Shown here: one piece after another, positions 62,401-64,000 of the stretch | Position numbering within the stretch: position 1 is the stretch's first letter | How the letters are laid out: each line of letters opens with the position of its first letter | From: an uncultured Myxococcales bacterium | GTDB lineage: Bacteria > Myxococcota_A > UBA9042 | Direction: 5' to 3' | DNA length: 64,000 nucleotides | Assembly (NCBI GenBank): GCA_937910235.1 | Contig: CALENB010000101.1 | Location: 2,098 to 66,097, forward strand | The notes under the pieces: model-generated | The model's input: the letters and a program-made list of their open reading frames with translations, nothing else | The model's database searches: none | Told to the model about the DNA's origin: nothing | Program-made: the position numbers and the translations under genes

Positions 62401-63068
62401 AGGATCTGGCCACCGGAGCTCTGATCTTCCGGATCGAAGAAGCGGATCTCCTCGATGTCATCGCCAAAGAAGTCGATGCGCGCTGGCTGATCGTAGAGCG
62501 GACTCCACACATCGACGACGCCGCCACGAATGCAGAAGGTGCCGGGATCTTCAACGACCGGCACCCGCTCGTAGCCGCCGGCGACGAGCTGCTCGGCCAA
62601 CTCCAGGCGGTCGAGCTCGTCGCCGCGACTCGCGATCGCGGTCACTTGATCGAGCGTGGCAGCGTCAAAGGTCCGCACCAGCAACGCCTCAGCCGGCAAC
62701 ACGATCGCGCTGACCCCAAACCCCTGGCTGATGCGATACGCCGCCGCGACGCGGCCCTGCGCGAGGGCCCGAACCGGCGAGATCTCGTGATAGGCCGAGA
62801 CGTCGTTCGGCTCAAATGACAGCACCGGGTCCATCGCCGGAACCTGCTCTTCCTCAAACGTCGCGAGGCCCTCGACTAGCTGCTGCATACGCTCGATGGT
62901 GGGCACGACGACGATCAGCGGGCGCTCAATGCGGTGCCGGATGGACGCCAAGACAAAGGGCACCACGCCAGCCTCTGCGGTCGCGAGCACCGTCTCCGGT
63001 CGGCCGTGCTCCAGGCAGAGCAGCAAACCCTCAAAGTCGAAGGGGCGGGTTGTGGCCGGGTGCTTCAT
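59367..63068 (-). CDS. mfd: Transcription-repair coupling factor
   Basis: 1233 aa. Contains an RNAP-interaction domain and superfamily 2 helicase motifs (GDVGYGKTEVA, DEEHRFG). Its 3' end overlaps the phaC 3' end by about 80 bp. Confidence 0.9.
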   Translation of the reverse strand: MKHPATTRPFDFEGLLLCLEHGRPETVLATAEAGVVPFVLASIRHRIERPLIVVVPTIERMQQLVEGLATFEEEQVPAMDPVLSFEPNDVSAYHEISPVRALAQGRVAAAYRISQGFGVSAIVLPAEALLVRTFDAATLDQVTAIASRGDELDRLELAEQLVAGGYERVPVVEDPGTFCIRGGVVDVWSPLYDQPARIDFFGDDIEEIRFFDPEDQSSGGQILDLIMPPARELILSPDRMATILDRVTDLANAQGIGNIELRALTEELEAGHLLPGLEALLPAVAPGLAPLLDLVPSGREGPVVVLEGPDACMAAMDAAWKTAQGHYREARAAERPAFQPSKLYVSPKVVRERLAKMVKLLVRPVVFAEDSQGPNAAQSFTLDVGSNAEVTREIEQARRDEQGLRPLARRIREARKVGTLVVITAHSEGGRQRLEQILQHYGVATWIFDEPLVPAKMAELRGNSELGALLVLGGSGQGFHIDALHLMVIDEEEIFGSKGRVARRRRKHKDKQASAGRIIREVSELGEGDFVVHVDHGVGRYVRMVRMEAAGIEQDYLLLLYKGNEKVYVPVTSLDRVQKYAGGDAKSPGLDRLGTERWLRIKGKARKAAAEIAAELVRLYAERHALPGYAFSPPDEFYREWEATFPFSETPDQQRAIDDCLDDLCTARPAWRLVCGDVGYGKTEVAIRAAVKVALDGKQVVLLVPTTVLAEQHRLTFEKRCQGLPINIDSLSRFRTKIEQDDVIDRLAKGQLDIVIGTHRLLSKDVEFRDLGLLIIDEEHRFGVKHKEQMQRWRATVDCIVLTATPIPRTLQMATLGLRDLSLIATPPENRKAVRTIVCRGSDDLIKDAVERELARGGQIFFIRNRVKELAAIAEHLKELVPGVRPVTAHGQMNEVELEEAMLGFMRGDYNVLVATTIVESGLDIPNANTMFIERADTFGLAQLYQLRGRVGRSSQRAYCYLMVPERSILTADGAKRVAVLERFSELGSGVHIATHDLEIRGAGNILGEKQSGHIAEVGYDLYVKMLEEAVRELRSDELGAPVDPEIKVSVTAYLPDTWVPDPSQRLMAYKRLAAVRTPDELQHQADSLVDRFGRMPPVALALIATLELRVLAIELGVSKVEQGPAAVAFTLHPQGLLQGEQLLPMVNQRGSLYRLTPEMVLVRSLRSDERDDPLVSTREILQHLLKVARGEIGAILDVVAEVVDPRVNSSGGVRQTMARRQGRVRRVTPNKR

Positions 63069-63228
63069 GGTCGCGCCAAGGGCTGAGACAGGGTCGCCTG
63101 ACCGGAGGGAAAGGGGCGCCTACCGAGTGAGAAAGAGGGGGGGCCAGCAGCCGCGTAGCACCGACGCGATGCGAGTGGGAACCTGCGGACGAGGAGAGGG
63201 TAGCGGGTGCGGCAGCGAATGTGCGGCC

Positions 63229-63314
63229 AAAAAAGACGTGCGGTCAAAAAGAACGTGTGGCCCAAAAGAACGTGTGGCCCAAAAGAACGTGTGGCCCAAA
63301 AGACGTGCGGCCCC
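63229..63314. repeat. 17-bp tandem repeat array (AAAAGAACGTGTGGCCC x3 flanked by 2 variant copies AAAAGACGTGCGG...)
   Basis: Direct reading. It lies upstream of the mfd start and downstream of tRNA-Pro on the minus strand. Confidence 0.85.
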
Positions 63315-63357
63315 AGACAGGCACAGCTCCGGCACCAGCACGCACAGCAAAACCAAC

Positions 63358-63406
63358 GAAGCCGGCTGAAGAGGGGTGACCATCGGTCAACTCTTCAGCC
63401 GGCTTC
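63358..63406 (-). terminator. Perfect 16-bp stem hairpin immediately 3' of tRNA-Pro
   Basis: GAAGCCGGCTGAAGAG - 17 nt loop - CTCTTCAGCCGGCTTC. A U-rich tract follows on the minus-strand transcript. Confidence 0.55.
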
Positions 63407-63407
63407 T

Positions 63408-63484
63408 GGGTCGGGGAGACAGGATTCGAACCTGCGACATCCTGCTCCCAAAGCAGGCGCGCTACCAGGCTGCGCTACTCCCCG
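63408..63484 (-). tRNA. tRNA-Pro (TGG)
   Basis: Reverse complement reads CGGGGAGTAGCGCAGCCTGGTAGCGCGCCTGCTTTGGGAGCAGGATGTCGCAGGTTCGAATCCTGTCTCCCCGA with anticodon loop TTTGGGA. CCA is not genomically encoded. Confidence 0.85.
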
Positions 63485-63537
63485 AGGACGCGAAGGGTGC
63501 CGATAGTGTTGCCACTCCGTCAACCCTCGTTTTGCGG

Positions 63538-63999
63538 TTATGGCGTCGGGCAGACGGCGTCGTCGCAGGTATTGTCCAGATCACACATCGCACAGTAAAA
63601 CTGGCACGGCAGATACTCATCGTTGCCCGGCATGCAGGGCGGCGTGAACGCACCGATGGACTTGCTTGAGCACGCCAAATACTGCAGCGCTGGGTCGACA
63701 CCGACGCCCGGAATCGAGACCGGCAGGCTGACGAGGCAACCCCAGCAGAGGTCGACCGGATAGGCGATGGTGTTGCTCTCGACCGTCGTCCCGTCCGCCA
63801 TGCGCCCGATGAGCCGCACCTTGACGACCGCCTGCTGCCGCGCCGTGCGACGATCGGCGAAGTCACCAAACTGCTTCTTCATCAGCTGGCCCACGTCCGA
63901 TGGAATCAGCGTGAAAGCGCTGCCGACGAACTGCCCGGCCTCGATCTGCGCGACAAACGGCGTGTACCAGGACGTGCGCCACTTCAGCGCCCCCGTCAC
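63538..63999 (-). CDS. Cysteine-rich hypothetical protein, possibly N-terminally truncated by the window edge
   Basis: C-terminal CWGC and a CMPGNDEYLPCQFYCAMCDLDNTCDDAVC cluster. No known family. Confidence 0.35.
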   Translation of the reverse strand: MTGALKWRTSWYTPFVAQIEAGQFVGSAFTLIPSDVGQLMKKQFGDFADRRTARQQAVVKVRLIGRMADGTTVESNTIAYPVDLCWGCLVSLPVSIPGVGVDPALQYLACSSKSIGAFTPPCMPGNDEYLPCQFYCAMCDLDNTCDDAVCPTP

Positions 64000-64000
64000 C

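Noticed and set aside
63229-63314. Possible CRISPR array
   Set aside because: The repeats are directly abutting with no spacers, only about 5 units, and no cas genes are present. It is a simple tandem repeat.

Overview
This is a high-GC (~70%) bacterial chromosomal segment, most likely from Myxococcota. Three observations support that: a giant secreted protein carrying Myxococcus-type cysteine-rich repeats together with lamin-tail and thrombospondin-3 modules, an unusually long RpoD and SecF, and lipoprotein-rich envelope genes. Most of the window is core housekeeping. From the start it runs hutU-hutI, class I fumarase, tryptophanase, mtnA, dnaG-rpoD, tRNA-Met, and then a long minus-strand block of dacB, recJ, secF-secD-yajC, a sensor kinase, prepilin peptidase, ubiB, an NAD-epimerase and asd. 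It ends with mfd and tRNA-Pro. The interesting part is roughly 42-59.5 kb, an apparent polyhydroxyalkanoate (PHA) and lipid-handling island. It holds a PhaR regulator and two paralogous two-subunit class III/IV-type PHA synthase loci (a PhaC of about 350 aa with a G-Y-C-M-G-G box plus a partner of about 150 aa). One synthase operon has an AMP-dependent acyl-CoA ligase embedded in it. A LpqC-like secreted esterase, an SDR reductase and a second acyl-CoA ligase lie nearby. A tightly coupled five-gene envelope operon (MFS transporter, lipoprotein, secreted alpha/beta hydrolase, outer-membrane beta-barrel, paralogous lipoprotein) sits between the two synthase loci. A recurring palindromic motif, TTGTGC-N3-GCA(A)CAA, occurs four times in promoter regions of this island: upstream of phaR, of the synthase partner gene and of the SDR gene. 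I predict it is the PhaR operator. Other noted items are several short tandem-repeat arrays, a candidate leader ORF with a hairpin in front of tnaA, a divergent pair made of a 608-aa hypothetical protein and a secreted PHP-domain protein, and a secreted HMA-thioredoxin fusion lipoprotein. I found no CRISPR array, no integrase or transposase, and no rRNA. All calls come from reading the translated ORFs and the DNA; I ran no searches.
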